Source: Candidatus Krumholzibacteriia bacterium (GTDB lineage: Bacteria; Krumholzibacteriota; Krumholzibacteriia; LZORAL124-64-63). Taken from it: a DNA stretch of 12,968 nucleotides. This document shows positions 1 through 8,908 of the stretch, in pieces. The stretch is taken from positions 1 through 12,968 of the forward strand of contig JAZBOO010000131.1 of the NCBI GenBank assembly GCA_036351155.1, given 5' to 3'. The translations under genes were made by a program, and so were the position numbers. The notes under the pieces were generated by a model. That model saw only the letters and a program-made list of their open reading frames with translations, was not told the origin of the DNA and did no database searches. Position 1 is the stretch's first letter. The number at the start of each line of letters is the position of its first letter.

Positions 1-1
1 C

Positions 2-571
2 AACATGATCATCGACATCGGCGGCGGCACCACCGAGATCGCGGTCATCGCCCTCAATGGCATCGTCTGCGACACCAGCATCCGGGTCGGCGGAGACGAA
101 CTGGACGAGGCCATCGTCACCTACATCAAGAAGAACCACAACCTGCTGATCGGTGACCAGACGGCCGAGAAGATCAAGAAGACCATCGGCTCGGCGCACA
201 AGTTCGACGACGAGCTGGAAATGGAAGTCAAGGGTCTGTACCAGGTCAGCGGGGTGCCCAAGACCCTGAAGATCTCCTCGGTGGAAATCCGGGAGGCCCT
301 GCAGGAGCCCATCCAGGCCATCTGCGACGCCCTGAAGCAGAGCCTGGAACAAACACCCCCCGAGCTGGCGGCCGACATCAAGGACCGCGGCATCGTGGTG
401 ACCGGCGGCGGCGCCTTGCTCAAGGGCCTGCCCGAATTGCTGCGCGAGCAGACCGACCTTCCCATCAATCTCATGGATGATCCCCTGTTCTGCGTGGTCC
501 TGGGCACGGGCAAGATCCTGGACGATTTCGACCGTTACCGCCCCGTGATCATGAAAGGCGGACGAACCTAG
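2..571 (+). CDS. mreB: Rod shape-determining actin-like protein MreB, C-terminal part (5' end outside window)
   Basis: Motifs IDIGGGTTEIAVI, GGDELDEAI, TAEKIKK, TPPELAADI and GIVVTGGGALL match MreB. The frame is open to the window edge and lies directly upstream of mreC/mreD. Confidence 0.97.
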   Translation, partial: NMIIDIGGGTTEIAVIALNGIVCDTSIRVGGDELDEAIVTYIKKNHNLLIGDQTAEKIKKTIGSAHKFDDELEMEVKGLYQVSGVPKTLKISSVEIREALQEPIQAICDALKQSLEQTPPELAADIKDRGIVVTGGGALLKGLPELLREQTDLPINLMDDPLFCVVLGTGKILDDFDRYRPVIMKGGRT

Positions 572-574
572 CCA

Positions 575-1417
575 ATGTTTGGGCGCGGAATCCACTGGGC
601 ACTCAAGGGCGACGTCCTGGCCTTCCTGGTCTGCTTTGCCCTGTCCGTAACCCTTCTGTCCCTGCCGGACCATACCCAGATCCTGGTGGCCGATCGGCTG
701 GCCATGGTGCTGACCTCTCCCTACTGGAAAACCCGGAACTTCGGAGAAGACGTGCTCAACACCGGGCGCGACAACGCCTGGTTGAAGGAGAGGGTGGCCC
801 AGCTGGAGCTGATGGCCGCCAACGCCGACCGCATGCAGCGGGACAGCGACCGGCTGGCCGGACCCGCGCTGGATGCGGGGTTCGAGGGTGAACTGATCCC
901 CTGCCAGGTGATGGTGCGGCAGAGCGGTCGCTTCGCCACCATGCTCAAGATCCGGAGTCTGGTTCCCGTGGACTGGGAACCCTGGCTGCCGGTGATCTCC
1001 GGGGCGGGCTACCTGGGGCGGGTCAAATCGGTGATCAACGAGCACGAGGCCTGGGTCGAGCTGATGACCGCTCCCGAGTTTGCTCTGGGGGTGGAAGTGG
1101 ACCGCACCGGGTTGCTGGGCATTTTGCGGCCGCGGGCGGATCGCTTCTCGGTGGAAATGGTGGGTCGGGACGAAGACGTGAGGCCGGGGGACCTGATCAT
1201 CACCTCGGGGATTGCCGAGATCCGTGATTCCCGGGATGCCGATGAGCCCCGCCAGTTGACCCCGCGCGGATTCCCGGTGGCGGTGGTCAAGGACGTGTCT
1301 TCGCCCTCGGATCAGATTTTCAAGGAGATCACCGCCGAACCTCTGGCCTCCCTGAACTACAATCTGACCGTGTTCGTGGTCTTGCCCCTGGATGGACCGG
1401 GACAGGGGGGACGGTGA
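575..1417 (+). CDS. mreC: Rod shape-determining protein MreC (divergent)
   Basis: N-terminal TM helix, short coiled-coil (DNAWLKERVAQLE), GYLGRV, 'DVRPGDLIITSG...PRGFPVAVV' and 'FKEITAEP' MreC-type beta-domain motifs; lies between mreB and mreD. Confidence 0.88.
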   Translation: MFGRGIHWALKGDVLAFLVCFALSVTLLSLPDHTQILVADRLAMVLTSPYWKTRNFGEDVLNTGRDNAWLKERVAQLELMAANADRMQRDSDRLAGPALDAGFEGELIPCQVMVRQSGRFATMLKIRSLVPVDWEPWLPVISGAGYLGRVKSVINEHEAWVELMTAPEFALGVEVDRTGLLGILRPRADRFSVEMVGRDEDVRPGDLIITSGIAEIRDSRDADEPRQLTPRGFPVAVVKDVSSPSDQIFKEITAEPLASLNYNLTVFVVLPLDGPGQGGR

Positions 1418-1908
1418 TGAGAGATTTTCTGCGCACCACCGGCGTCTACCTTCTGCTGGCCTTCATCGGGGAAACGGTGATCGCCCCCTTGATCGATATC
1501 CAGGGCATTGCCCCCAACTTCTCGGTGATCGCCCTGATCATTCTGGCCCTTTCGGCCGGGGCCGGACCGGCCTCCGTGGGCGGATTCGTGGTGGGCTTGA
1601 TCCAGGGATTGACCAACCCCAGCCTGCTGGGCCTCCAGGCCCTGTGCAAGACCCTGGTGGGCTACGGTGTGGGCTCTCTGCGTGGGCGTCTGGTGCACGG
1701 TGTGCCCCTGGTGGAAGGGACCATGGTGACGCTGGCTGTCCTGTCCCACGACTTCATCTATCTGCTGTTCCAGAGCCGCCTGATCGACGAAGCCTTTCTG
1801 GTGCCCCTGATCACCCGATCATTGCCCGCCGCCTTGTATTCCGGGGTGGTGGGAGTGTTGATGCTCCGTCTGGTGGAACTGGTCGGCTTGCTGCGGCAGG
1901 AGGACTGA
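1414..1908 (+). CDS. mreD: Rod shape-determining protein MreD
   Basis: 164-aa polytopic membrane protein with 'IAPNFSVI', 'GFVVGLIQ' and 'LGLQAL' motifs. Start overlaps the mreC stop (GTG 1414 or ATG 1417); synteny. Confidence 0.9.
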   Translation: MMRDFLRTTGVYLLLAFIGETVIAPLIDIQGIAPNFSVIALIILALSAGAGPASVGGFVVGLIQGLTNPSLLGLQALCKTLVGYGVGSLRGRLVHGVPLVEGTMVTLAVLSHDFIYLLFQSRLIDEAFLVPLITRSLPAALYSGVVGVLMLRLVELVGLLRQED

Positions 1909-1909
1909 G

Positions 1910-3727
1910 GTGAACGGCGACCAGACGCTTTTTGTCCGTGGTCGACTGCTTCGCCTGGTCATCATCCTGGGTTTTCTGGCCCTGGTCATCAACCTGTTCA
2001 CCATGCAGGTGGTGGATCACCGGGAGTACCGGGCCAAGGCTCTTCAAAATCGACAGGAACGCTTCCGGGTGCGGGCTCCACGCGGGCGTATCACCGACCG
2101 GTTCGGCACCATCCTGGCGGACAACAAGTACATTGCCGACATCACCCTTCCCCGCTCGGTGATGCAGGCAACCAGCCCGGACAGCAACCTGGTCCGGCTG
2201 ATGAACTGGTTCCAGCTGGACAGCGACGAGACCATGGAGCGATTGGGCAGACAGTATCGCAATCGTCGCGGGCGCCTGGTCCTGGTGCCCAACGCCAGCC
2301 TGGCCCAGATCTCCGCCGTGGCCGAGCGGTCCAGCCAGTTGCCGGGGGTGCGGGTTGAATCGAGGCCGCGCCGGCGATACCTCAACGGCCCCTTGCTGGC
2401 TCATATTCTCGGCTACGTGGGCGAGGTGGAGGCGGCGGACCTGGACACCCACCAGACCCGTTCCGGCCGTGACGGCCTGGATTACCGCATGGGAGACACG
2501 AAGGGGAAGCAGGGGGTGGAGTCCACCTTCGAGGAGATCCTGCGCGGCCGCAACGGGTGGAAGCTGGAGGAGGTCAATGCCCAGGGGCAGATCGTGGGCC
2601 GAGAAACGGTGTGGGAAACCCCGGTGATCCCCGGCCAGGATGTGGCCTTGACCATTTCGCTGCCGCTTCAGGAGGCCATGGCGGACGCCCTTGGCAACCG
2701 GACGGGCTGCGGTGTGGCGATCTCGACCCGGACGGGTCAGGTGCTGGCCGCCTATTCCAATCCCAGCTTTGATCCCAACCTCCTGACGGTGAGCATTTCT
2801 CCCGAGGACTGGAGCGCCCTGGCCAACGACCCGGCCAAGCCCTTCTTCAACCGAGCCGTCCAGGCCACCTATCCACCCGGTTCCTTGTACAAGCCCGTGA
2901 CCTCGCTGGCCGCCCTGTCTTTGGATCTGGTGGACACCAACACCTACCTGGAACCGTGCCTGGGGGGCTGGCAGTTCGGGGACCGGTTTTTCCGTTGCTG
3001 GAAACACAGCGGCCACGGCGAGGTGAATCACACCGATGCCATGGTCCACTCCTGTGACACCTACTATTACCAGCTGGGTCTGAGCATGGACATCGACCAG
3101 CTGGCGGCGGCGGCGCGTGCCCTGGGCCTGGGCAAGAGGTGCACCAGTATTTTCCCCGAGGAATCTCCCGGCTTGATTCCGGATCGTGCCTGGTACGACA
3201 ATCGGTTCGGCAAGGGCGGGTGGACCCGGGGCGTCCTGATGAACAATGCCATCGGCCAGGGAGAGATCCTGACCACGCCCATCCAGATGGCTCTGCTCTC
3301 GGCCCGTCTGGCCTCCGAGGGACGGGTGCCCGACCCGATGTTCGTCTTGTCGCCGGCCGAAATCATACGCCGGCCCGATCCTCTGCCTTTCGCCGCTTCA
3401 GACCTGCAGTGGTGCAACCGTGCGCTGCGGCAGGTGGTCAGCCGCGGGACCGGTTCGGCGGCCGCACTGGACAGCATTCCCGTGGCGGGCAAAACAGGCA
3501 CGGCCCAGAATCCCCATGGCGAAGATCACGCCTGGTTCATGTGCTTTGCTCCGGCCCGGAACCCCGAGGTGGCCATCGCGGTCATCGTGGAAAATGCAGG
3601 TTCCGGCAGCACCGAGGCGGCCCCGGTCGCGGGGCAATGGCTTGATGTCTACTTCAGCCAATCCGAGGACACCATCAGCACAAGTGATCGCTTCCCATCC
3701 TCCTCCCAGATAGGAGGGGGCCAATGA
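1910..3727 (+). CDS. mrdA: Penicillin-binding protein 2 (class B transpeptidase)
   Basis: N-terminal TM; APRGRITDR, RRYLNG, HILGYVGEV and GKQGVE dimerisation-domain motifs; YPPGSLYK (SxxK), HSCD (SxD, PBP2-type), AIGQG, GKTGTAQ (KTG), DHAWF. GTG start after AGGAGG. Confidence 0.96.
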   Translation: MNGDQTLFVRGRLLRLVIILGFLALVINLFTMQVVDHREYRAKALQNRQERFRVRAPRGRITDRFGTILADNKYIADITLPRSVMQATSPDSNLVRLMNWFQLDSDETMERLGRQYRNRRGRLVLVPNASLAQISAVAERSSQLPGVRVESRPRRRYLNGPLLAHILGYVGEVEAADLDTHQTRSGRDGLDYRMGDTKGKQGVESTFEEILRGRNGWKLEEVNAQGQIVGRETVWETPVIPGQDVALTISLPLQEAMADALGNRTGCGVAISTRTGQVLAAYSNPSFDPNLLTVSISPEDWSALANDPAKPFFNRAVQATYPPGSLYKPVTSLAALSLDLVDTNTYLEPCLGGWQFGDRFFRCWKHSGHGEVNHTDAMVHSCDTYYYQLGLSMDIDQLAAAARALGLGKRCTSIFPEESPGLIPDRAWYDNRFGKGGWTRGVLMNNAIGQGEILTTPIQMALLSARLASEGRVPDPMFVLSPAEIIRRPDPLPFAASDLQWCNRALRQVVSRGTGSAAALDSIPVAGKTGTAQNPHGEDHAWFMCFAPARNPEVAIAVIVENAGSGSTEAAPVAGQWLDVYFSQSEDTISTSDRFPSSSQIGGGQ

Positions 3728-4995
3728 ACGTCCTGGGCTACCTGATTCCCTGCGGGGACAAGCGCATTTTCCTGGCCTGGCTCGTTCTGGTGCTGACCAG
3801 TCTGGCCATCCTGTGGTCGGTGACCGAACCACTGCAGGGAGAGTATCGGGAACTGGAGCCGGTGGTGGCCAAGGGTGTGTTTTACCGGCAGCTGTTCTGG
3901 GCTTTCCTGAGCTATGCAGGGTTGCTGGTGGCCGGTCGAACTCCCTTGCGTTATCTCGAAAATATTGCCGTGCCGCTGTTCCTTTTCAGCCTCGTTTTGC
4001 TGGCCATGATTCTGGTGGCCGGGCCCAAGATCGGAGGAGCGCAGCGCTGGCTGTTGATCGGGCCCCTGCGCTTTCAACCTTCGGAGCTGGCCAAGGTCAG
4101 CACCATTCTTCTGCTGGCCTCGTTGCTGGGGAAGGCCTCCGAGGGCGAGGCGCGGCTATCGGTCATGATCGGGTCTTTCCTGGCCACGCTGGTTCCCCTG
4201 GTGCTGGTCCTGCGCGAACCCGACCTGGGGACCAGCCTGGTCTTTCTGGCCATCTGGGTTGGGATGGTTTTCTGGTACGGGATTCCCGGCATTCTGCTGG
4301 CAGGAGCAGGGAGCGCCGTCGTCTGTGGAATTGTCAGTTTCTACTCCGACAGTATCCTGCACCAGTCCTGGCCATGGACTGCCTACATTGTTCTGCTGGT
4401 GGTCGTTCTGTATTTCGCGCGTCTGGGCATCGCGGCGAAGATCACCATCCTGTTGCTCAACACCCTGACCGGGGTGGGCATTCCCTTCTTCTGGGGCAAG
4501 CTGAAGGCCTATCAACAGGAGCGCATTCTGACCTTCTTCGATCCCAACCGCGATGCCTTCGGCTCGGGCTACCAGGCCATTCAGTCCAAGGTGGCGATCG
4601 GATCCGGGGGATTGTTCGGCACCCAGTACCTCAAGGGGACCCAGAAGGGCCTGGCTTTTCTGCCAGAGCGGCATACCGATTTCGTTTTTTCGGTGATCGG
4701 CGAGGAACTGGGCTTCGTGGGGGCTGTATTCCTGCTGGCCGTGTTCCTGGTGATCCTGCTGCAGGGGATCCAGATCGGCACCATGGCCCGCCGACCCTTT
4801 GCCCGTTTCCTGGCCATCGGCGTGGTGTCGTATTTTACTTTCCACGTGCTGGTCAACGTGGGGATCACCACGGGATTGCTTCCCGTGACCGGATTGCCCT
4901 TGCCGCTGCTGAGCTACGGGGGGTCCAATCTCCTGACCAGTTCCATCATGCTCGGGCTGCTGCTCAATGTCAGCTCACGCACTTTCGATGATTGA
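3724..4995 (+). CDS. rodA: SEDS peptidoglycan glycosyltransferase RodA
   Basis: GAQRW, FQPSELAK, EPDLGT, GYQAIQSKVAIGSGG, LPERHTDFVF, GLLPVTGLPLPLLSYGGS. ATGA overlap with mrdA and GGAGG SD. Confidence 0.96.
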   Translation: MNVLGYLIPCGDKRIFLAWLVLVLTSLAILWSVTEPLQGEYRELEPVVAKGVFYRQLFWAFLSYAGLLVAGRTPLRYLENIAVPLFLFSLVLLAMILVAGPKIGGAQRWLLIGPLRFQPSELAKVSTILLLASLLGKASEGEARLSVMIGSFLATLVPLVLVLREPDLGTSLVFLAIWVGMVFWYGIPGILLAGAGSAVVCGIVSFYSDSILHQSWPWTAYIVLLVVVLYFARLGIAAKITILLLNTLTGVGIPFFWGKLKAYQQERILTFFDPNRDAFGSGYQAIQSKVAIGSGGLFGTQYLKGTQKGLAFLPERHTDFVFSVIGEELGFVGAVFLLAVFLVILLQGIQIGTMARRPFARFLAIGVVSYFTFHVLVNVGITTGLLPVTGLPLPLLSYGGSNLLTSSIMLGLLLNVSSRTFDD

Positions 4996-5022
4996 GAACC
5001 CTACGGGAAGGGGATGAACCGG

Positions 5023-5814
5023 ATGTATCCGGAAATATTCGGCGTCGTGAAAAGTTACGGGCTGTTGCTGGCGCTCAGCTTCGTGCTGGGGTTGTTCCTG
5101 AGTATCCGCCGCGGCCGCCGCTACGGATTGACATCCGAGACCATCACCGACCTGGTTTTCATCGTGCTGATTTCCAGCATTGTCGGGGTGCGTCTGTTCT
5201 TCGTGTTGACCCACCTGGAACAGTTCTCGCCCTGGTACCGGGCCTTCTTCCTCTGGGACGGGGGGTTGACCCTGTACGGGGGCATCATCGGGGCCATTGC
5301 CGCGGTCTGGTACGTGACCCGGCGGCGGGGTATTCCCTTCCTGGTCATCGCGGACACCTTTGCCCCGGGGGTGGCCCTGGGTATCGGCATCACCCGGATC
5401 GGTTGCTTCATGGCGGGATGCTGCTACGGCATGCCCACCGACTGCGCCTGCGGCGTCACCTTTCCCGAAGCGGCCAAGGTGTCCCTGCAGTTCGGCCATG
5501 TTCCGGTGCACCCCTCACAGCTGTACGGTTCCCTGGGAGGGTTCCTGGTTTTCGGCACTTTGCTGTTGCTGGAAAAGATTTCGTTTCACCGGGGAGCCAC
5601 CTTCGCCCGCTTTCTGATCCTGTACGGGATCTCCCGATTCGTGATCGACTTTACCCGGTACTATGAACCCGACCAGGTCATGGCCTTCGGCTGGAGCAAC
5701 AACCAGTGGATCAGCCTCGGGCTCATGCTCATCGGCACGGTCATGCTGGTGCTGGGCGCGCGGGGCCACCTGGGCGGTCCCTGGCAGGCCAGGCTCGAAC
5801 GGAAGCGAGGCTGA
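5023..5814 (+). CDS. lgt: Prolipoprotein diacylglyceryl transferase (Lgt family, Cys-containing variant)
   Basis: MYP start (alternative ATG at 5014), SYG, GVRLFFV, WDGGLTLYGG, RIGCFMAGCCYG, HPSQLY, YGISRFVIDFTR, QWIS; polytopic membrane protein. Confidence 0.9.
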   Translation: MYPEIFGVVKSYGLLLALSFVLGLFLSIRRGRRYGLTSETITDLVFIVLISSIVGVRLFFVLTHLEQFSPWYRAFFLWDGGLTLYGGIIGAIAAVWYVTRRRGIPFLVIADTFAPGVALGIGITRIGCFMAGCCYGMPTDCACGVTFPEAAKVSLQFGHVPVHPSQLYGSLGGFLVFGTLLLLEKISFHRGATFARFLILYGISRFVIDFTRYYEPDQVMAFGWSNNQWISLGLMLIGTVMLVLGARGHLGGPWQARLERKRG

Positions 5815-5815
5815 T

Positions 5816-6688
5816 GTGAGCGAGATCCTGGAACTGGGTGCCGAGGGCTGGTTGCTGGACGGCGCCCCCTGGGAACCCCACGGAGCTTTCTACGGTGTCA
5901 TGGGTGACCCTGTCGGACATTCCCGGTCGCCCGCCATGCACAACGCTGCGCTGGCCGACCGGGAAATCGATGCCGACTACCTGGCCATCCGGATCCAGCC
6001 CGGTCAGCTGAAGGGGCTGAAGTCCGGACCCCACGGCCAGGACCTGGCCGGATTCAATGCCACGGCCCCCTTGAAGGAGGCCGTATCCGCCCTCTGCGAT
6101 GGACGCACCGACCAGGCCCGCAGCCTGGGGGCCGTCAACACGGTCAAGGTCGAGGACGGCAAGTGGCTGGGACATAACACCGACAGCGGAGGTATTCTGG
6201 CTGTCCTTTCCCAGGCCTGGGATCAGACCACGCCTCCCGAGCGGGTGGTGGTGCTGGGGGCCGGGGGATCGGCTCGGGCGGCCATCGATGCTGTGGCCCG
6301 GTGGGGTGTGGGTGAAATCGAGGTGCGTAACCGGAGTGCCGCCGGGCAGGAGCGGGTGCGGACCTGGATCCAGCGCCAGGATTTTGCTGACCGCACCCAC
6401 GTGACCTCGTTGCGAACCGAGGAGCCGACCAGTGCGGTGGGCACGGTGTGGATCTGCTGTCTGGCCGGGGGAGTGGCCGCGCGGCCCTTCTTGCCGGTGG
6501 CTGCCGGTTCTTCCGGTGACCTGCTGCTGGACCTGCGCTACGGCAATCAGTTGCCGGTCGAAGAGCCTCCCCTCGGCTTCCGCTATCATGACGGTAAGAC
6601 GGTCTTGCTGATGCAAGGTGGGCTTTCCTTTGGCTGGTGGTTTGGCCCGCCCATTCCCTGGCCCGCCATGTCCGCCGCCATCGGCTGA
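5816..6688 (+). CDS. aroE: Shikimate dehydrogenase family protein
   Basis: GDPVGHSRSPAMHN, GFNATAPLK (catalytic Lys), GAVNT, GHNTD, VLGAGGSA, NRS, DLRY, DG..LLMQ. Start reassigned to GTG 5816, just after the lgt stop, with GAGG upstream. Confidence 0.85.
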   Translation: MSEILELGAEGWLLDGAPWEPHGAFYGVMGDPVGHSRSPAMHNAALADREIDADYLAIRIQPGQLKGLKSGPHGQDLAGFNATAPLKEAVSALCDGRTDQARSLGAVNTVKVEDGKWLGHNTDSGGILAVLSQAWDQTTPPERVVVLGAGGSARAAIDAVARWGVGEIEVRNRSAAGQERVRTWIQRQDFADRTHVTSLRTEEPTSAVGTVWICCLAGGVAARPFLPVAAGSSGDLLLDLRYGNQLPVEEPPLGFRYHDGKTVLLMQGGLSFGWWFGPPIPWPAMSAAIG

Positions 6689-6746
6689 TACCTTCCCGGG
6701 GCACCGCCCTATTTCCCGAACCGCCTCCCGGATCGGATGAAATCGT

Positions 6747-7511
6747 GTGCACATCATCACCCGCTCCTGTCAGGAGTTGATCCTGGGACTGATGGAGGCC
6801 GTCTATCCCGAGGTCTGTGCGGGGTGTGACGGGCTTCCCGTCGATCTGGCCTGGTGTCCTGCGGGATCCCGCGTGCCGGGTCTCCGCTTCTTCGATGCCC
6901 CTCATCTCTGCCGCCGGTGCGCCGATCGGTTGGCGGTTTCGGGCCCGGTTCATCGGACCATCGAGGTGAGCCCGGGAATGGAGCTGCCGGTTCTGGGCGT
7001 GGCTCATATTTCGGACCATCTGAGCCGGGTGGTGGGTGCGCTGAAATACCGCAGCCTGCGCGGGGTGGCCTGGCCCCTGGCGGAACTCCTTTCCTCCCAT
7101 CTGGTGGGCAGCGAGCATCTGAAAGGAGGAGGGGGGCTTCGGCTGGTTCCCGTCCCCTTGCATCCCCGCCGGGAGCGCTTCCGGGGCTTCAACCAGGCCG
7201 CCCTTCTGGCCCGACTCATCGCAGAAAACCTGGGCCTGGAAGTGGCCGAAGGCGTGGTCTGTCGCGTCAGGGCCACCGCCCAGCAAGCCCAGATCTCCGA
7301 TCCGGATCAACGACGCCGCAATCTGGAGGGGGCATTTTGCTCCCTCGATTCCGTTCCCGATCCCGGAGCTTCTTTGATCCTGGTCGACGACATCATCACC
7401 ACCGGCGCCACCTGCGGAGCCCTGGCCCGAACACTGCTGGCTTCCGGATGGTCGGTGGTGGGAATCGTGGGCGCAGGTGTCCTGGCTACGGGTGCTGTCG
7501 ACGCCGGTTGA
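6747..7511 (+). CDS. comF: ComF/GntX-family phosphoribosyltransferase-like protein
   Basis: YPEVCAGC...LCRRC zinc-ribbon cysteines, LKY, VPVPLHPRRERFRGFNQA, RRRNLEGAF, and PRPP loop LVDDIITTGAT. Start uncertain (GTG 6747 or ATG 6792). Confidence 0.88.
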   Translation: MHIITRSCQELILGLMEAVYPEVCAGCDGLPVDLAWCPAGSRVPGLRFFDAPHLCRRCADRLAVSGPVHRTIEVSPGMELPVLGVAHISDHLSRVVGALKYRSLRGVAWPLAELLSSHLVGSEHLKGGGGLRLVPVPLHPRRERFRGFNQAALLARLIAENLGLEVAEGVVCRVRATAQQAQISDPDQRRRNLEGAFCSLDSVPDPGASLILVDDIITTGATCGALARTLLASGWSVVGIVGAGVLATGAVDAG

Positions 7512-7536
7512 CAGGGGTGGATCCCCTTTCTAATAT
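7508..7536 (+). promoter_or_regulatory. Sigma70-type promoter for pgk
   Basis: TTGACA (7508-7513), 17-nt spacer, TAATAT (7531-7536); the -35 overlaps the comF stop codon. Confidence 0.75.
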
Positions 7537-7590
7537 GGATCCGCTGACCCAGCTGAACCCATTTCGACATCCGTCAAACAGGTGGTGACC

Positions 7591-8790
7591 ATGCTGAACA
7601 AGATGAAGCTCAAGGATTTCCAGGCTGCAGGCCGCAAGGTTCTCATGCGGGTGGATTTCAATGTGCCCCTGGACGGGGAACGCAACATCACCGATGAAAC
7701 GCGGATCCAGGCGGCCCTGCCCTCGATCCAGAAAATTCTCCATGATGGTGGCAGTGTGATTCTGATGAGCCACCTCGGTCGTCCGAAGGGAAAGATCGAA
7801 CCTTCCATGTCGCTGCGTCCGGTGGCCGATCGCCTGGCCGAATTGCTGGACGCTCCGGTCAGGTTCGCGCTGGACACCGTGGGGCCCGATGCTCAGCAAA
7901 AAGCGACGGCTCTGAAGCCGGGTGAAGTGCTCCTGCTGGAGAACCTTCGGTTCAATCCGGGAGAGACCGGGAACGATCCGGGCTTTTCCGCAGGGCTGGC
8001 GGAGCTGGGAGACGCCTTCGTCAACGATGCTTTCGGGACCGCTCATCGCGCGCATGCTTCGACCGTGGGAGTCACCACCCACTTCGACCATTGCCTGGCC
8101 GGATATCTGATGGAGAAGGAACTGGAAAACCTGGGAACATTGCTGACGGATCCCGAGCGACCCTTCGTGGCCATCCTGGGGGGAGCCAAGGTGGGTGGGA
8201 AGGTGGATGTCATTCTTCACCTGCTGGACCAGGTCGATGTTCTCCTGCTGGGTGGTGGAATGATCTTCACTTTCTTCAAGGCCCTGGGACTGGGTATCGG
8301 TTCCAGCCTGCTGGATGAAGAGAGCCTGGAAGTGGCCAAGGAAATCCTGGCGAAAGCGAAAACCAGCAAGGCCAAGCTTGTGCTTCCCGAGGACTGCATG
8401 GTGGCCACGGAGTTCAACGACAAGTCTCCCAAGAAAGTGGAACTGGTCACCGATCTCCCCGATGGCTGGATGGGCCTGGACATCGGCCCCAAGAGTGTGG
8501 AGATCTATTGTCAGTACCTGAAGACGGCCCGGTCCATTTTCTGGAACGGCCCGATGGGTGTTTTCGAGTTGCCCTCGTTTGCCGTGGGCACGAAGGCTGT
8601 GGGCGAGGCCGTGGCCGCCGCCACCGATGCCGGAGCCCGCAGTGTGGTCGGCGGGGGAGACAGCGTGGCCGCTGTCAACCAGATGGGCCTGGGAGCACGT
8701 ATATCCCACATTTCAACGGGTGGTGGGGCTTCGCTGGAATTCATGGCGGGCTGCGAATTGCCCGGCGTCACCGCCTTGACCGATATCTGA
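7591..8790 (+). CDS. pgk: Phosphoglycerate kinase
   Basis: RVDFNVP, MSHLGRPKG, LLENLRF, VNDAFGTAHRAHAS, ILGGAKV, GLDIGP, FWNGPMGVFE, VGGGDS, HISTGGGASLEF. ATG 7591 preceded by AGGTGG. Confidence 0.98.
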   Translation: MLNKMKLKDFQAAGRKVLMRVDFNVPLDGERNITDETRIQAALPSIQKILHDGGSVILMSHLGRPKGKIEPSMSLRPVADRLAELLDAPVRFALDTVGPDAQQKATALKPGEVLLLENLRFNPGETGNDPGFSAGLAELGDAFVNDAFGTAHRAHASTVGVTTHFDHCLAGYLMEKELENLGTLLTDPERPFVAILGGAKVGGKVDVILHLLDQVDVLLLGGGMIFTFFKALGLGIGSSLLDEESLEVAKEILAKAKTSKAKLVLPEDCMVATEFNDKSPKKVELVTDLPDGWMGLDIGPKSVEIYCQYLKTARSIFWNGPMGVFELPSFAVGTKAVGEAVAAATDAGARSVVGGGDSVAAVNQMGLGARISHISTGGGASLEFMAGCELPGVTALTDI

Positions 8791-8804
8791 GTTGATGGTC
8801 GGGT

Positions 8805-8833
8805 TTGACACTGCAGGGGGCGGGTATTAATTT
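8805..8833 (+). promoter_or_regulatory. Sigma70-type promoter for secG-tRNA-Leu
   Basis: TTGACA (8805-8810), 17-nt spacer, TAATTT (8828-8833). Confidence 0.7.
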
Positions 8834-8908
8834 ACCCGTCCCTTTGCGGTCCTGGTGCATGTGGGTCCGCCCAATGTCCGTGTGTGTATTTTTCGGGAGC
8901 TGATGAGC

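Noticed and set aside
5663..5815. ORF-track N-terminal extension of aroE (likewise secG 8855-8908 and the H1-like gene 9543-9602)
   Set aside because: The extensions overlap the upstream gene or lack family similarity; downstream starts have better SD sequences or coupling.
1811..8709. Long overlapping ORFs (-1811..3049, +3813..4991, -5741..6760, -6144..7310, -7486..8709 and others)
   Set aside because: They overlap well-supported housekeeping genes, have no recognisable motifs, and are typical of high-GC stop-codon scarcity.
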